A DNA stretch of 64,000 bases from an uncultured delta proteobacterium (GTDB lineage Bacteria; Myxococcota_A; Polyangia; Polyangiales; Polyangiaceae), in the NCBI GenBank assembly GCA_963696385.1, contig CAVOKF010000006.1, positions 256,001 through 320,000 of the forward strand, in the 5' to 3' direction. The notes beneath the pieces were generated by a model. It made no database searches and was not told the origin of the DNA. It worked only from the letters and a program-made list of their open reading frames with translations. The position numbers were made by a program, and so were the translations under genes. Shown one piece after another: positions 10,393 through 20,068 of this stretch. Every line of letters begins with the position of its first letter. Within the stretch, counting starts at the first letter, position 1.

Positions 10393-10488
10393 GGCCGAAG
10401 AGCATCGCCCGGGACTCGCCACGGCTGCCTCCGATCGGAGTGCAGGCCGCGGCATCGGCTAGTCTGGCGAAAGGCGGCGAGGTCAGAG

Positions 10489-11784
10489 ATGCAGCGAGCG
10501 CCGGACCCACGGCAAGAAGTACCGGAGCGCTCATTTCGCCAGGTGGCACGTTATTTCCTGATCCTGAACCTCGTGACGGGTCTCAGCGACCCCGACGGAG
10601 GCATTGCACAGATTCCTGTCCAATTCATCCTCAAGGATACGCTGAAGCTCGGTCCAAGGGATATGGCATTCGCGCAATTCGTGATCGCCATTCCTCTGTC
10701 GGTGAGCTTTCTTTTCGGGTTCGTGAGAGACCGGTGGTCGCCGTTCGCGCGGCGCGATCGCGGCTATTTCCTTCTCTTCGGACCGCTCACGGCCCTGGTC
10801 TACCTCGCTCTGCCGCTCGGACGCCGGAGCGTACTTGCGCTCGTGCTGTCGATGTTCGCCGCCAACCTCTTTTCCCTTTTCGTTTCTGCGTCCTTGGAAG
10901 CTCTCACGACCCTGGTCGGCCAGGAAATGGCGATGACCGGACGGCTCGGCGCGCTCACCCAACTGGTCGATTCGGGACTGACTGCGTCGTCCTTCGTGCT
11001 CGGCGGATGGTTGCAGAGTCACACGAGCCCCGACACGTTGTTCAGGGGGCTTGCCGCTTTGAGCTTGCTCATTCTGCCGTTGGGGCTTTGGCGGCCCCGA
11101 TCCGTGTACGCGGGGCATGACCGAGCGGCGCCCCAAGCGCACACGACGGGTCACGAGATCCTGCGCTTCGCACGGCATCGGCCCCTCTGGCCGGCCATGC
11201 TCGTCTGGTTACTCTGGCAGTTCAACCCCTGCTTCGCGACGCCACTTTTCTTCACCCTCACCGATCGGCTTGGAGCGACGAGCAACCAATACGGCTGGTT
11301 CATGGGGCTCTTCTATCTATCGCTCGTGCCCGCGCCGATTGCGTATGGATTTTTGTGCAAACGAGTCCCCCTCTCGAGACTGCTCTGGTGGAGCACGGCG
11401 CTTGCGATTCCTCAGGTTCTTCCGCTGCTCTTTCTCAAAACGCCGACGCAATCGCTGCTTTTGGCACCGTTACTCGGGCTGCTTGGCGGCCTGCCCACAT
11501 GCGCGTATTACGATCTGATCCTGCGGTCCTGCCCGAAGGGGCTGGAAGGTGCGGCGATGATGATGAGCGGCACGATGCTCTTCGTGGCCATTCGATTCGG
11601 CGACATCCTCGGCTCATGGTTGTATGACCGGGGCGGGTTCGCACTCGCGGCTTGGGTCACGACTGCGGTCTACGCGTGCATTCCGGTCGTTCTGGCGTTC
11701 GTGCCCCGATGGCTGACCGCGCACCCGGATGGGGCCGGAGTCCTTCGACCGGCGGACGCCGGGGGCCCGCGGTGGCCGCCGTGA
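10489..11784 (+). CDS. MFS transporter (BT1 folate/biopterin-like)
   Basis: About 12 hydrophobic segments; FLFGFVRDRWSPF..RDRGY and RSCPKGLEG motifs. Confidence 0.82.
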   Translation: MQRAPDPRQEVPERSFRQVARYFLILNLVTGLSDPDGGIAQIPVQFILKDTLKLGPRDMAFAQFVIAIPLSVSFLFGFVRDRWSPFARRDRGYFLLFGPLTALVYLALPLGRRSVLALVLSMFAANLFSLFVSASLEALTTLVGQEMAMTGRLGALTQLVDSGLTASSFVLGGWLQSHTSPDTLFRGLAALSLLILPLGLWRPRSVYAGHDRAAPQAHTTGHEILRFARHRPLWPAMLVWLLWQFNPCFATPLFFTLTDRLGATSNQYGWFMGLFYLSLVPAPIAYGFLCKRVPLSRLLWWSTALAIPQVLPLLFLKTPTQSLLLAPLLGLLGGLPTCAYYDLILRSCPKGLEGAAMMMSGTMLFVAIRFGDILGSWLYDRGGFALAAWVTTAVYACIPVVLAFVPRWLTAHPDGAGVLRPADAGGPRWPP

Positions 11785-11903
11785 GTCGACCGGCAGGGGT
11801 GTCGGTGCGCCCGCCCCTTGCCGTTACTGTTGCCTGTAGCAGCCGAGTGCGTCGCCGCCGTCGCACCCGGTTCTGGGGCTCGTGCAGGACATACACGTTT
11901 CGC

Positions 11904-14087
11904 TCATGGCCCATCTTGCCGTCCTACGATCCGAGGATCGAGCGTCACTGGGTGGGGGGCCGCGCGCCGGACGATGCCGGCGATCAGTGCGGCCCATCGC
12001 ACGATGCGTTCGAGCGCGGCCCCGATGCCGGTGGGAGTCGGTGGCGGCGGGGCGTGGGTGTCGGAAGCCGATCGGCCGCGGATCGCGAAGGTCGCAGCGG
12101 TGCGCAGGACCGCGCAGAGGTAGTCGGCGACGACGTCGGCGCCCGCGGTGGCCGCACCGTGGGGATCGCTCTGTGCGAGCACATCGATCGAAGTGAGCGC
12201 CGTACCCAGCCGCCTCGCGTAGGTGAGGAGCAGCATCGCATCGGCGGCGTAACCCCGGTCGCCGAGCGGCTCGGCCAACAAGCGCTCGAGAGCCGTCTCT
12301 GCCGCGCCCAAGGCAAGGCCGGTCGCGCGCCGAGCCCAATCCGTTCGCTCGTTGCCCCGCCGGCCGTGACCGGTGGAAAGCGCCCCAAGAACGGCGGATG
12401 CGTAGCGACTCAGGCAAGAAAGCGCTTCGGAGAGCGCATCGGGAAGGCGCCGTCGTTCCGACGAGGGCGCCACCAGCACTCCGGCGACAAATGCGACGGC
12501 CCCGCCGAGGATCGCGTCGCTCGCCCGAAGGGCGGCGGTGTGCCAATCGTGCGCGTGGCCCGTGACCAAGACGAATACGGGCGTCAAGAAGAAGGTAAAT
12601 AGACGGTAGCTGCGCGGGCGTGTCGCGACGGCCGCCACGGACAAGGGCACGAGCAGGATCGTGAGGGCTAACGGCGAGCGGACCGTGGTCGTGATGAGCA
12701 GAGCGAGGACGCATCCGAGCAGCGTGCCGACGACCCGTTCGCTTGCGCGCTTGACGGTTGCGGCGGGATAGGGCTGCAGGATGGCAAGGGTCGTGACCGT
12801 GACCCAGTACGCGCGGCTGGGCGAAACGACGTCGCCGATGAGCGACGCGGCCCCCGCGGCCAGAGAGACGCGCAACGCGTGTTCGGCGAAAGGCGAATGC
12901 AAGGACAGCGCATCGCGCAGCGCCCGAACGCGGGTGCGAAGGGCCGGCGCGCCGCGCTCGCCGTCGAACGCGCCCGTGTCGACGGCCGCCGCAACGGCAG
13001 TGGGCGTACCCGGGGGGGGCCGCTGGGGGGCGGACCGCCGTACCGGCGCGGAGGCGTTTCGGACGCCGGCGAGACTTCGCACCGCATCGACGGCCAGGTC
13101 CGCGGCATCCTCCGAACGCGCGGCGAGCCGTTCCGCAAGCGACATCGCCGCGGTCGGCGCCGGCCTGGGGATCGGGCGCAACCGCGCTGCCGGTCCCCGA
13201 AAGTCGCTCGAAGAAAGCACCGCCGCCACGGCACGGTTGGTCGCGGCGAGTGCCTTCAGGCGTGTCATCTCGAGCGCGAGCGGCGTTTCATGCGACTCGA
13301 TCTCGACGACCAGCGATGCGAGCAGTGGGAACTGAACCTCCGCTGCGCCGAGCAGGGCGCGAAGGGTACCGCCGAACTGAGTCTCGCCTTGACGGCGAGC
13401 GCGCCCCGCCAGCGCGGCTTCCCGCGCTGCTTCCAATGCGGCGCGAATCCTACGGTGATGCATCCGCAGCAAGTCCGTCCAGTTCGCATCGCTGCCGCCC
13501 GTCGTCCTGCTGGCACGCTCCGCGTCCTCGAGATACGAAGCGAGTTCTTCATAGACGAGGGCTACCGCGCGCCGGATCGGAAGATGAGTCCAAACCGGCC
13601 AGACGACCGACGAAACGACGAGGGCGAGCGTCCCGCCAAGGGCCCAGTAGACGGCGTCGGCGCCGGAGATCGTCGTCCGTCCGGAGGCGATGGCCGCGAT
13701 GATCGTCAAGAACGTTCCAAGGGTGCCGGCGGAGCCGCCGACCGCTCGCAGAAGCGACATCGCGAACGCGAGAGCCATCAGCGCCCCAGCTGCGAGCCAC
13801 CGCCAGCGCGACAGCTCTTCGAAGACAAAGACGAGGGGAGTGCCCATCGCGACGAACGTCACGAGGACCCGCGCGCGCCGGGCGCGCGGACCTCCGGGGT
13901 CGGCGAGCGTGCCAAACCAGCCGCCGAGCGCCATCCACGAAAGCTCGGAACGAGCCAGGGCCGTGGCCGCATAGAACGGCACGAGAGTCACGAAGGCAGC
14001 GCGGACGCCCCGGGCCACGTCGGGGGCAACGCTCCGCCATCGCGCCGTCAGGGGCCGACCGGGTGCTCCCATCGCCGACCCGATCAT
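11904..14087 (-). CDS. FUSC/YccS-family membrane protein
   Basis: N-terminal TM bundle with LADPGG; C-terminal HALRVSLA, YWVTVT..ILQP and ERVVGTLLG. Start trimmed to avoid overlapping galM. Confidence 0.87.
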   Translation of the reverse strand: MIGSAMGAPGRPLTARWRSVAPDVARGVRAAFVTLVPFYAATALARSELSWMALGGWFGTLADPGGPRARRARVLVTFVAMGTPLVFVFEELSRWRWLAAGALMALAFAMSLLRAVGGSAGTLGTFLTIIAAIASGRTTISGADAVYWALGGTLALVVSSVVWPVWTHLPIRRAVALVYEELASYLEDAERASRTTGGSDANWTDLLRMHHRRIRAALEAAREAALAGRARRQGETQFGGTLRALLGAAEVQFPLLASLVVEIESHETPLALEMTRLKALAATNRAVAAVLSSSDFRGPAARLRPIPRPAPTAAMSLAERLAARSEDAADLAVDAVRSLAGVRNASAPVRRSAPQRPPPGTPTAVAAAVDTGAFDGERGAPALRTRVRALRDALSLHSPFAEHALRVSLAAGAASLIGDVVSPSRAYWVTVTTLAILQPYPAATVKRASERVVGTLLGCVLALLITTTVRSPLALTILLVPLSVAAVATRPRSYRLFTFFLTPVFVLVTGHAHDWHTAALRASDAILGGAVAFVAGVLVAPSSERRRLPDALSEALSCLSRYASAVLGALSTGHGRRGNERTDWARRATGLALGAAETALERLLAEPLGDRGYAADAMLLLTYARRLGTALTSIDVLAQSDPHGAATAGADVVADYLCAVLRTAATFAIRGRSASDTHAPPPPTPTGIGAALERIVRWAALIAGIVRRAAPHPVTLDPRIVGRQDGP

Positions 14088-14304
14088 GGTTCGCAACGGT
14101 CGCAGAATAGGTCGGCAGCGGGGTCGGCGCATCGCCATTTCCCAGGTGCTCGACCCCGGCGCGAGCGCACCGACGAAAACTTCCCGAAGGTCACCCGTCC
14201 CCGGCGCAGGCCGCACTCCGTCCGCCCTGGGACGGTCGAACGCGGCGGTCACACCGGCGGCTCGGCAGGCGCCGGCCGCCTGCGCAACGAAAGCAGCCAA
14301 GCCC

Positions 14305-15354
14305 GTGCCCATCGTAGAGAGCCCATTTGGAACTTTGGACGGCCGAGAGGTGAGCGCATACACGCTGACCGGTGCGCACGGCTTGGTGATGAAGGTCATC
14401 GACTACGGCGCCGCCGTGACGGAGCTTCACGTGCCCGACCGGAACGGCACGCTCGGCGATGTCGTGTCGGGGTTCGACGACCTCCGTGGGTATCGGAAGG
14501 GCACCGCTTACTTCGGCGCCACCGTGGGCCGCGTCGGCAATCGAATCCGAGGCGGACAATTCGACCTTGCGGGACGACCCTACCGCCTTGCGATCAACGA
14601 CCCGCCCCATCACCTGCATGGCGGCTGGAAGGGATGGGACAAGGTCGTGTGGAACGCGGAGCCGAGCGAGACCTCGAACGGACCCGCCATCGCGTTCACC
14701 TATGTCTCGAAGGACGGCGAAGAGGGCTATCCGGGGACCGTCACCGCGCGCGTGACGTATGCGTTGACGAACGACAACGAGTTCAGGATCGACATGGATG
14801 CCACGGCGGACAGAACCACCGTCGTGAACATGCTGCACCATGCCTACTGGAATCTTGCCGGGTACGATTCGGGCCCCGTCTTCGACCACGAACTCACGCT
14901 CGACGCCGACCTGTACACGCCCGGCGACCCGGTGGTTCCGAACGGCACGATGAAGCCGGTCGGCGGAACCCCGTTCGACTTTACGAGTCCGAAAGCCATC
15001 GGCAAAGACTTGATGGCCGTCGTGGTGGCCGGTAACCCGCCCGGCTACGACACCAACTTCATCGTCAAGGGCGACCCCCACGCACTTCGGCGCGCAGGGC
15101 GTGTGAGAGATCCCCGGTCCGGTCGGGTCATGACGCTCGAAGCCAACCAGCCGGGCGTCCAGTTCTACGCGGGACTATTTCTCGACGGAACCATCACGGG
15201 CAAGGGACACACGTACAAGCCGTACGACGCATTCTGTCTCGAGACGCAGAAGTTTCCCAATTCCATCAACGTACCGGCGTGGCGGGGCGACGTCATTCTC
15301 GAACCTGGCACCCCGTACCGGCACGTCATGGTGCATCGGTTCTCGACCGAGTAG
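14305..15354 (+). CDS. galM: Aldose 1-epimerase (galactose mutarotase); start approximate
   Basis: Motifs YFGATVGRVGNRI, HLHGG, EEGYPG, HHAYWNL, FCLETQ. Confidence 0.93.
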   Translation: MPIVESPFGTLDGREVSAYTLTGAHGLVMKVIDYGAAVTELHVPDRNGTLGDVVSGFDDLRGYRKGTAYFGATVGRVGNRIRGGQFDLAGRPYRLAINDPPHHLHGGWKGWDKVVWNAEPSETSNGPAIAFTYVSKDGEEGYPGTVTARVTYALTNDNEFRIDMDATADRTTVVNMLHHAYWNLAGYDSGPVFDHELTLDADLYTPGDPVVPNGTMKPVGGTPFDFTSPKAIGKDLMAVVVAGNPPGYDTNFIVKGDPHALRRAGRVRDPRSGRVMTLEANQPGVQFYAGLFLDGTITGKGHTYKPYDAFCLETQKFPNSINVPAWRGDVILEPGTPYRHVMVHRFSTE

Positions 15355-15455
15355 ATGCCCGCGCGGGCTTGTCCAGAGCTTGCCCGAAGAGAGATCCGGT
15401 GCTCCGTTCACGGCCTCGGGTGGCGAAAGTCTCCGCCAACAATAGGATACTTAGC

Positions 15456-15728
15456 ATGCCTCGTGGAAGACCGTCCCCCAAGCTCGCCATTACCGTCCAC
15501 CCCGATGTCCATGGCCAGGTCCTGGCCGCGGCCGCCGCTCAGGGGATGAGCATCTCGGCGTGGATGACGGACGCCGCTCGGCGCGCGCTTCGGCGCGAGG
15601 AAGGTCTCGCGGCCGTCGGTGAATGGGAGGCGCAACACGGGCAGCTGACCGACAAGGAAATGCAGGAGGCTCGCCGTCGCGTGCGTGCGGCCGGCGCCCG
15701 TCGAGACCGGGCGCGGCGCTCCGCGTGA
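15456..15728 (+). CDS. Ribbon-helix-helix-type antitoxin (VapB-like)
   Basis: KLAITV...GMSISAWMTDAARRALRR..GLAAVGEWEAQHG. Stop overlaps the PIN gene start. Confidence 0.75.
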   Translation: MPRGRPSPKLAITVHPDVHGQVLAAAAAQGMSISAWMTDAARRALRREEGLAAVGEWEAQHGQLTDKEMQEARRRVRAAGARRDRARRSA

Positions 15729-16105
15729 ACGACGTCGTTTACGATGCCGCGGTGCTCATTGCGGCCGACCGCAACGCCCGGGGCGTGTGCCGACCACAAG
15801 GCGCTGCTCGAAAGATGGAGTCGTTGCGTGGGTTCCACGCGCCTGTGGTGACGCAGGTGAGTCGACACGCTCGTCAGGCACAGCTGCAGCGCTTTTTGTG
15901 CGGCTGTATCATCGTTCCACTGGATGAGGCCAGCGCCCATGCCGCCGGACGCCTGCTCGGCGCGGCGCGCGCGTCCGACGTCGTGGATGCGTCCGTCGTG
16001 GCGCTCGCAGTGCGCCACCGCGCCCGAATCATGACCGGAGACCCCGACGACATCGAAAGGCTCGTCGCCGCTTCCGGCATTCGGCTTTCGGTCATCGCGA
16101 TCTGA
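15725..16105 (+). CDS. PIN-domain toxin (VapC-like)
   Basis: GTGA coupling. PIN acidic residues in VYDAAVLIA, DVVDASVV and TGDPDD. The central segment appears locally out of frame. Confidence 0.8.
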   Translation: MNDVVYDAAVLIAADRNARGVCRPQGAARKMESLRGFHAPVVTQVSRHARQAQLQRFLCGCIIVPLDEASAHAAGRLLGAARASDVVDASVVALAVRHRARIMTGDPDDIERLVAASGIRLSVIAI

Positions 16106-16114
16106 CCCGGTCGC

Positions 16115-17266
16115 CTAGGGTGCACTCTTGCGCTGCGATCCCGCGGCCGCAATGACCGACCGGTAAAGCTCTACGAGCTTTTCAATCGATGCATTGAAGT
16201 CGAAATGACGCGCGCGCTCTCGGTAGAGATCGCGTGCCGCCTCGAGCTTCGCCGGGTTGTCGATGAGCGCGTCGATCTTGGCGGCGAGCGCCGTCGCGTC
16301 GCCGGCCGGAAAGGTGAAGTCCTCATTCAGGGCAAGCTTCGAGGCGGCGCTCTCAGGGGCATTCGCAATGAGGGCGGGCAGCCCCGCACTCATGGACTCG
16401 AGGACCGACATCCCTTCGAGCTCGACCTCGCCCGCGTGGACGAAGAGGTCGGCTGTGCGATAGTCTTGGACGAGCTTCTCGCGCGACAGGAAGCCGATCT
16501 CGGCGCCGTTCGGAAGGCTGGATGCGAGGAGCTTGAGCTCGTCTTCGCGCGGCCCCCACCCGGAGAGCACGAGCCGGATCCGGTCGCGATGGCGGGAAAG
16601 CCGGACGGCCTCGATGATCACGTCTTGATGCTTTTCGGCCGCAAATCGCCCTACGGCGAGGATGAAAAAGCGACCGGAAGGATCGTGATAGGTCGCCGGC
16701 GGGTTGGCGGCCATCGCCCCGGCGACGTCGGGGGGGACGCCGTTGGAGATGACGACGGTGCGCGTCGTGAGGCCGTGCTCGCGCAGCTTTTGTGCTGCAA
16801 AATCCGTGGGGCACAGCACGGCGTCCACCTTGTCGTAGAAGCGCTTCACGAGCACGCCGTAAATGGCGTCGTTGAGCCATGCAGAGTGGATCCCCACGCT
16901 GAACAGAGCGTTTTCGGGCTGAACGTGGAAGGCGGCGACGACCGGTAAGCGGAGGCGGCGCGCATCCCGGAGGGCCGCGAACGAGAGCCAGAAGGGAAAC
17001 TGCAGATGGACGACGTCGACGTTCGCGAAAGCGCGCGCCAGAACGGCCCGATCGGGTTTCGCCATGACGAAGCCCATCTCCCGCATCGCCCGAAGAGGCA
17101 ATTGGAAGCTCGGCAGGACGTTGTCCCCGTCGGTGGCTACGGTGACCACCGTGTGCTCGTGCCGGAGTCGCTCGACCACGAATTCGGCGGAAAGGATCCC
17201 CCCCCCCGAGTGCGAGTGCAGGGTGTCCGCGACGAACGCGATCCGAAGACGGCTGTTGGGGCTCAT
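16115..17266 (-). CDS. Glycosyltransferase family 4, paralog of 9139..10392
   Basis: Motifs RIAFVADT, HVQPEN, VGRFAAEK, ELEGMSVLESM. Confidence 0.9.
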   Translation of the reverse strand: MSPNSRLRIAFVADTLHSHSGGGILSAEFVVERLRHEHTVVTVATDGDNVLPSFQLPLRAMREMGFVMAKPDRAVLARAFANVDVVHLQFPFWLSFAALRDARRLRLPVVAAFHVQPENALFSVGIHSAWLNDAIYGVLVKRFYDKVDAVLCPTDFAAQKLREHGLTTRTVVISNGVPPDVAGAMAANPPATYHDPSGRFFILAVGRFAAEKHQDVIIEAVRLSRHRDRIRLVLSGWGPREDELKLLASSLPNGAEIGFLSREKLVQDYRTADLFVHAGEVELEGMSVLESMSAGLPALIANAPESAASKLALNEDFTFPAGDATALAAKIDALIDNPAKLEAARDLYRERARHFDFNASIEKLVELYRSVIAAAGSQRKSAP

Positions 17267-17310
17267 GACGCTCGGACCTCTGGCTGAGGCGTATCACGCC
17301 TATTCGGCCC

Positions 17311-18048
17311 TTACGGTGCGAACGACAGGCCCGTGTCGGTTCGATCGCCTCGGAGCGTCCGGGTGGCCGTTTCTGTGCCGACGGCCGTTCGAGTGACCGT
17401 ACCCGTGTCGGTGCCTGTGCCTCGAGCCGTCCGGGTGACGGTTCCGATCTCGGTTCGGGTGACGGTGCCGATCTCGGTTCGGGTCGAGGTGTCCGAACCC
17501 GTTTGGGTGACCGTTTGGGTGGCCGTTTCGGTGGCTGTTTCGGTGGCCGTTTCGGTGGCCGTTTCGGTGGCCGTTTCGGTGGCCGTTTGCGTGGCCGTTG
17601 CGGTGGCTGTGTCCGTGGCCGTTTGGGAGCCTCCGCCTGTCGTCGTATGAATGCCCGTCCCCGTGTCGGTCGGGGTCAAGGTGACGGTTTTCGTGTCGGT
17701 TGGGGAGGATGTGTCGCTGTGGGTCGAGCTGCCGGTTCCGACCTGGGTCGGGGTCCCGGTCCCGCTCGAGCCCCCGGCAGAGCTTGCCGTGGAACTGCCG
17801 GTGAGCATGCCCGTGAGGCTGCCCGACCCGGAACTGGCATTTGAGCTGCCGCTGGATCCGCCGCTGGCATCCGGCCCGCCCCCATTGGTTAGGGCCGGTC
17901 CCCCGTCGTCGGCCAAGTTGCTCCAGTCTCCGATGCCCAGCAGGTTGCCGCATCCGCCAAGCCAACACGTCGCCAGGATGCACACGGTACCGAGAGAGGC
18001 GGCCCGGATCCGTCCGCGCGTGCGCGAGCTCACGTCGCCGACTCTCAT
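17311..18048 (-). CDS. Thr-rich low-complexity lipoprotein
   Basis: ATG coupled (TGATG) to the upstream gene. Lipobox LGGC followed by GNLLGIGDW, then (TATE)n repeats. Confidence 0.65.
   Translation of the reverse strand: MRVGDVSSRTRGRIRAASLGTVCILATCWLGGCGNLLGIGDWSNLADDGGPALTNGGGPDASGGSSGSSNASSGSGSLTGMLTGSSTASSAGGSSGTGTPTQVGTGSSTHSDTSSPTDTKTVTLTPTDTGTGIHTTTGGGSQTATDTATATATQTATETATETATETATETATETATQTVTQTGSDTSTRTEIGTVTRTEIGTVTRTARGTGTDTGTVTRTAVGTETATRTLRGDRTDTGLSFAP
17505..17625 (-). repeat. 12-bp coding tandem repeat (acggccaccgaa)n encoding TATE
   Basis: Visible directly as ttcggtggccgt units on the + strand. Confidence 0.88.
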
Positions 18049-19034
18049 CAAAACGAACCTACCATCGTCATCCCTGCCGCGCCCGGGCCGCCCATCGCGG
18101 TGATTCGGATCCCTCGCGCCGACGCGGCAACCTCGCTCGATGAGCCTTTCGGCGCGGTCAGGAATACCACGACTCCGGTCGCGGCCAGTACCCCGCCGGC
18201 GATGAAGCTCACCGTCGAGAGGGTGGCCATCGTCTTGGCCGAGGCTTCGTCTTGGAATCCGGTCGACATCGGGCTCGTCGTGCACGATACGGGCTGGCCG
18301 TCGCAGGCCGTTTTCGCATTCGACCACTTGGAGGCGGCTAGACCGCCGAACACAGTCCCGAGTCCGAGTCCGACGATGCCGAGTGCGCCGACGGCCACGC
18401 CGGAGATGCGCTGGCCTGTCCCGGGCGCCGAGGCCACCGTGTGGGGGCCGCCCCCGGGCGGCTCGGCTGCGACCGCCACCGGATTCGCAGCGGGCGGTAG
18501 GTTCGTGAGGGTCGGCGTTGCCGCGGGCACGCTCGTGGGTGGCTCGCTCGCTGCCGCCGAGCCGACCGTGATGCTTTCGCGCCGGTCCTTCTGGCCCTCG
18601 CTGACCACGAACGACTGACTGACCGACGGCAGCCCATCCGCCTCGAACGTGAAAACGTGCTGCCCAGGGTCGACGGAGAGGGCGGCGCCATCGAGGCGGT
18701 CGCCGATCGGCTCACCGTCCATGGAGACCCGGACGGCGACGAGGTCATGCCCCGCGCCATCCTTGGCGAGGAACACGATGCTCGGAATCGCCGCGTTGAG
18801 GTCTTTGACACGAAGCTGGCAGGTGTCGCGCACCTCGCCCGGGCAGCTTGGCGCGGAGCAGACGAGCGCCTGGTCACGCGCCTGCCGGAGTCTGTGCTCG
18901 CCCCTGAGCTGGATCGAACCCTCGTTGGCAGCGAGGCACTCGGACATCGTGGGGTCGGCGGCCTGCGCCGGTCGGTCCGCGGCACATAAGACCGTCAGGA
19001 GCGCCCCGGTCGTCACGGCGGTACGCCGTTTCAT
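18048..19034 (-). CDS. Secreted/membrane PEGA-like protein (myxobacterial type)
   Basis: Signal peptide, Cys-linked helical N-domain (CLAANE..CSAPSCP..C), beta-domain VDPGQHVFTFEA, and a C-terminal hydrophobic hairpin. Confidence 0.7.
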   Translation of the reverse strand: MKRRTAVTTGALLTVLCAADRPAQAADPTMSECLAANEGSIQLRGEHRLRQARDQALVCSAPSCPGEVRDTCQLRVKDLNAAIPSIVFLAKDGAGHDLVAVRVSMDGEPIGDRLDGAALSVDPGQHVFTFEADGLPSVSQSFVVSEGQKDRRESITVGSAAASEPPTSVPAATPTLTNLPPAANPVAVAAEPPGGGPHTVASAPGTGQRISGVAVGALGIVGLGLGTVFGGLAASKWSNAKTACDGQPVSCTTSPMSTGFQDEASAKTMATLSTVSFIAGGVLAATGVVVFLTAPKGSSSEVAASARGIRITAMGGPGAAGMTMVGSF

Positions 19035-19045
19035 TCCGATGGGGT

Positions 19046-19819
19046 TCACTGGCAGACCGCGCAGGGGCATGAAAAGTGGGCTTCACCTTGCTTGTCCAGG
19101 GTCTTGACCAACTTGCACGCGGCTGCCGTCTTCGAGGTCGCTGGCGAGGCGGCGGGAGCCTGGTTGAAGGGCAACCGCTTGGTCGTCATCGCGGCCGGAT
19201 GGCCTGCGGTCATGGGCGGATCGGGCCGCCGGGGCGGCGTCGCAAGGGCTGCCCGGGCCGCCTGAAGTCGCGTCGTGTCTGCGGCCGAGGGAAGGGCCGT
19301 CCCTTCAGCAGCCGCCGGCGGGGGCGGCGAAGCTGCCCCGACGGGTGCGCCGAGCGGCGCGTGGGCCTCGGGCACGTCGGCCGTCACCGTAGGTGCAGCG
19401 GTTTCGGCGACTTGGGGCAGCGGGCGCGAGAGCCCCGGTAGGGGTCCTGAAACGACCGACGCCGATGCGGCTGTCGTCGGTGTGGCCCAGGCCTTCGCCA
19501 GGCCCATGCGAACCGCCGCGGCGACGAGAATCACGCTGCACAAGCCAACGACGCCGACCACGACCGGAATCAGCCGTTGCCGGCGCGCCGCGTCGGGCAA
19601 CGGGCCCTGCGGTGGCTCTTCGATGCGATCCATCGTGCTTGGGGTCATGGTAGCGAAGTCGTCCCATCCCGCCCCCGTCTCGACCCGATCGGCTTGCACC
19701 CCGGGTTGGAGCACGGCCGGGGCGCGGACGGAAGTCGCCCGCGTCGTTTGGAGCGGTATCGCCGGCCCCCCATCGGCATCGACGCGTTCGGTCGGCATGC
19801 TTGCTCTGTCCATCCCCAT
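19046..19819 (-). CDS. Single-TM Pro/Ala-rich protein with Cys-containing C-terminal motif
   Basis: TM segment LIPVVVGVVGLCSVILVAAAV; tail CKLVKTLDKQGEAHFSCPC. Confidence 0.6.
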   Translation of the reverse strand: MGMDRASMPTERVDADGGPAIPLQTTRATSVRAPAVLQPGVQADRVETGAGWDDFATMTPSTMDRIEEPPQGPLPDAARRQRLIPVVVGVVGLCSVILVAAAVRMGLAKAWATPTTAASASVVSGPLPGLSRPLPQVAETAAPTVTADVPEAHAPLGAPVGAASPPPPAAAEGTALPSAADTTRLQAARAALATPPRRPDPPMTAGHPAAMTTKRLPFNQAPAASPATSKTAAACKLVKTLDKQGEAHFSCPCAVCQ

Positions 19820-20068
19820 CGGTACCCACCGGGATCGGTACCCACAGGCCTGCTCGACCAGGCCGCGGCCCGCAAGCTCAGGCTGAAATTTTACGGCAAA
19901 TCCGGTGGCCCTGCGCGGTCCGCGCGCCCCGCGCGGAGGGATCCGCGGAACCTACGAAAGCAACGGCGCGTCAGAAGTCCGCGCTCCGCGGCGTCGGACG
20001 GGCATGCCCCGCCCGGGTCGTTCAGTGAACGCAGGTGGGGGCAGCGGGTGCGCTGGCGGCAGGGCTCT

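Noticed and set aside
14086..14399. Apparent head-to-head overlap of the FUSC and galM ORFs
   Set aside because: Both extensions are motif-free, and trimming the starts leaves a normal divergent intergenic region.
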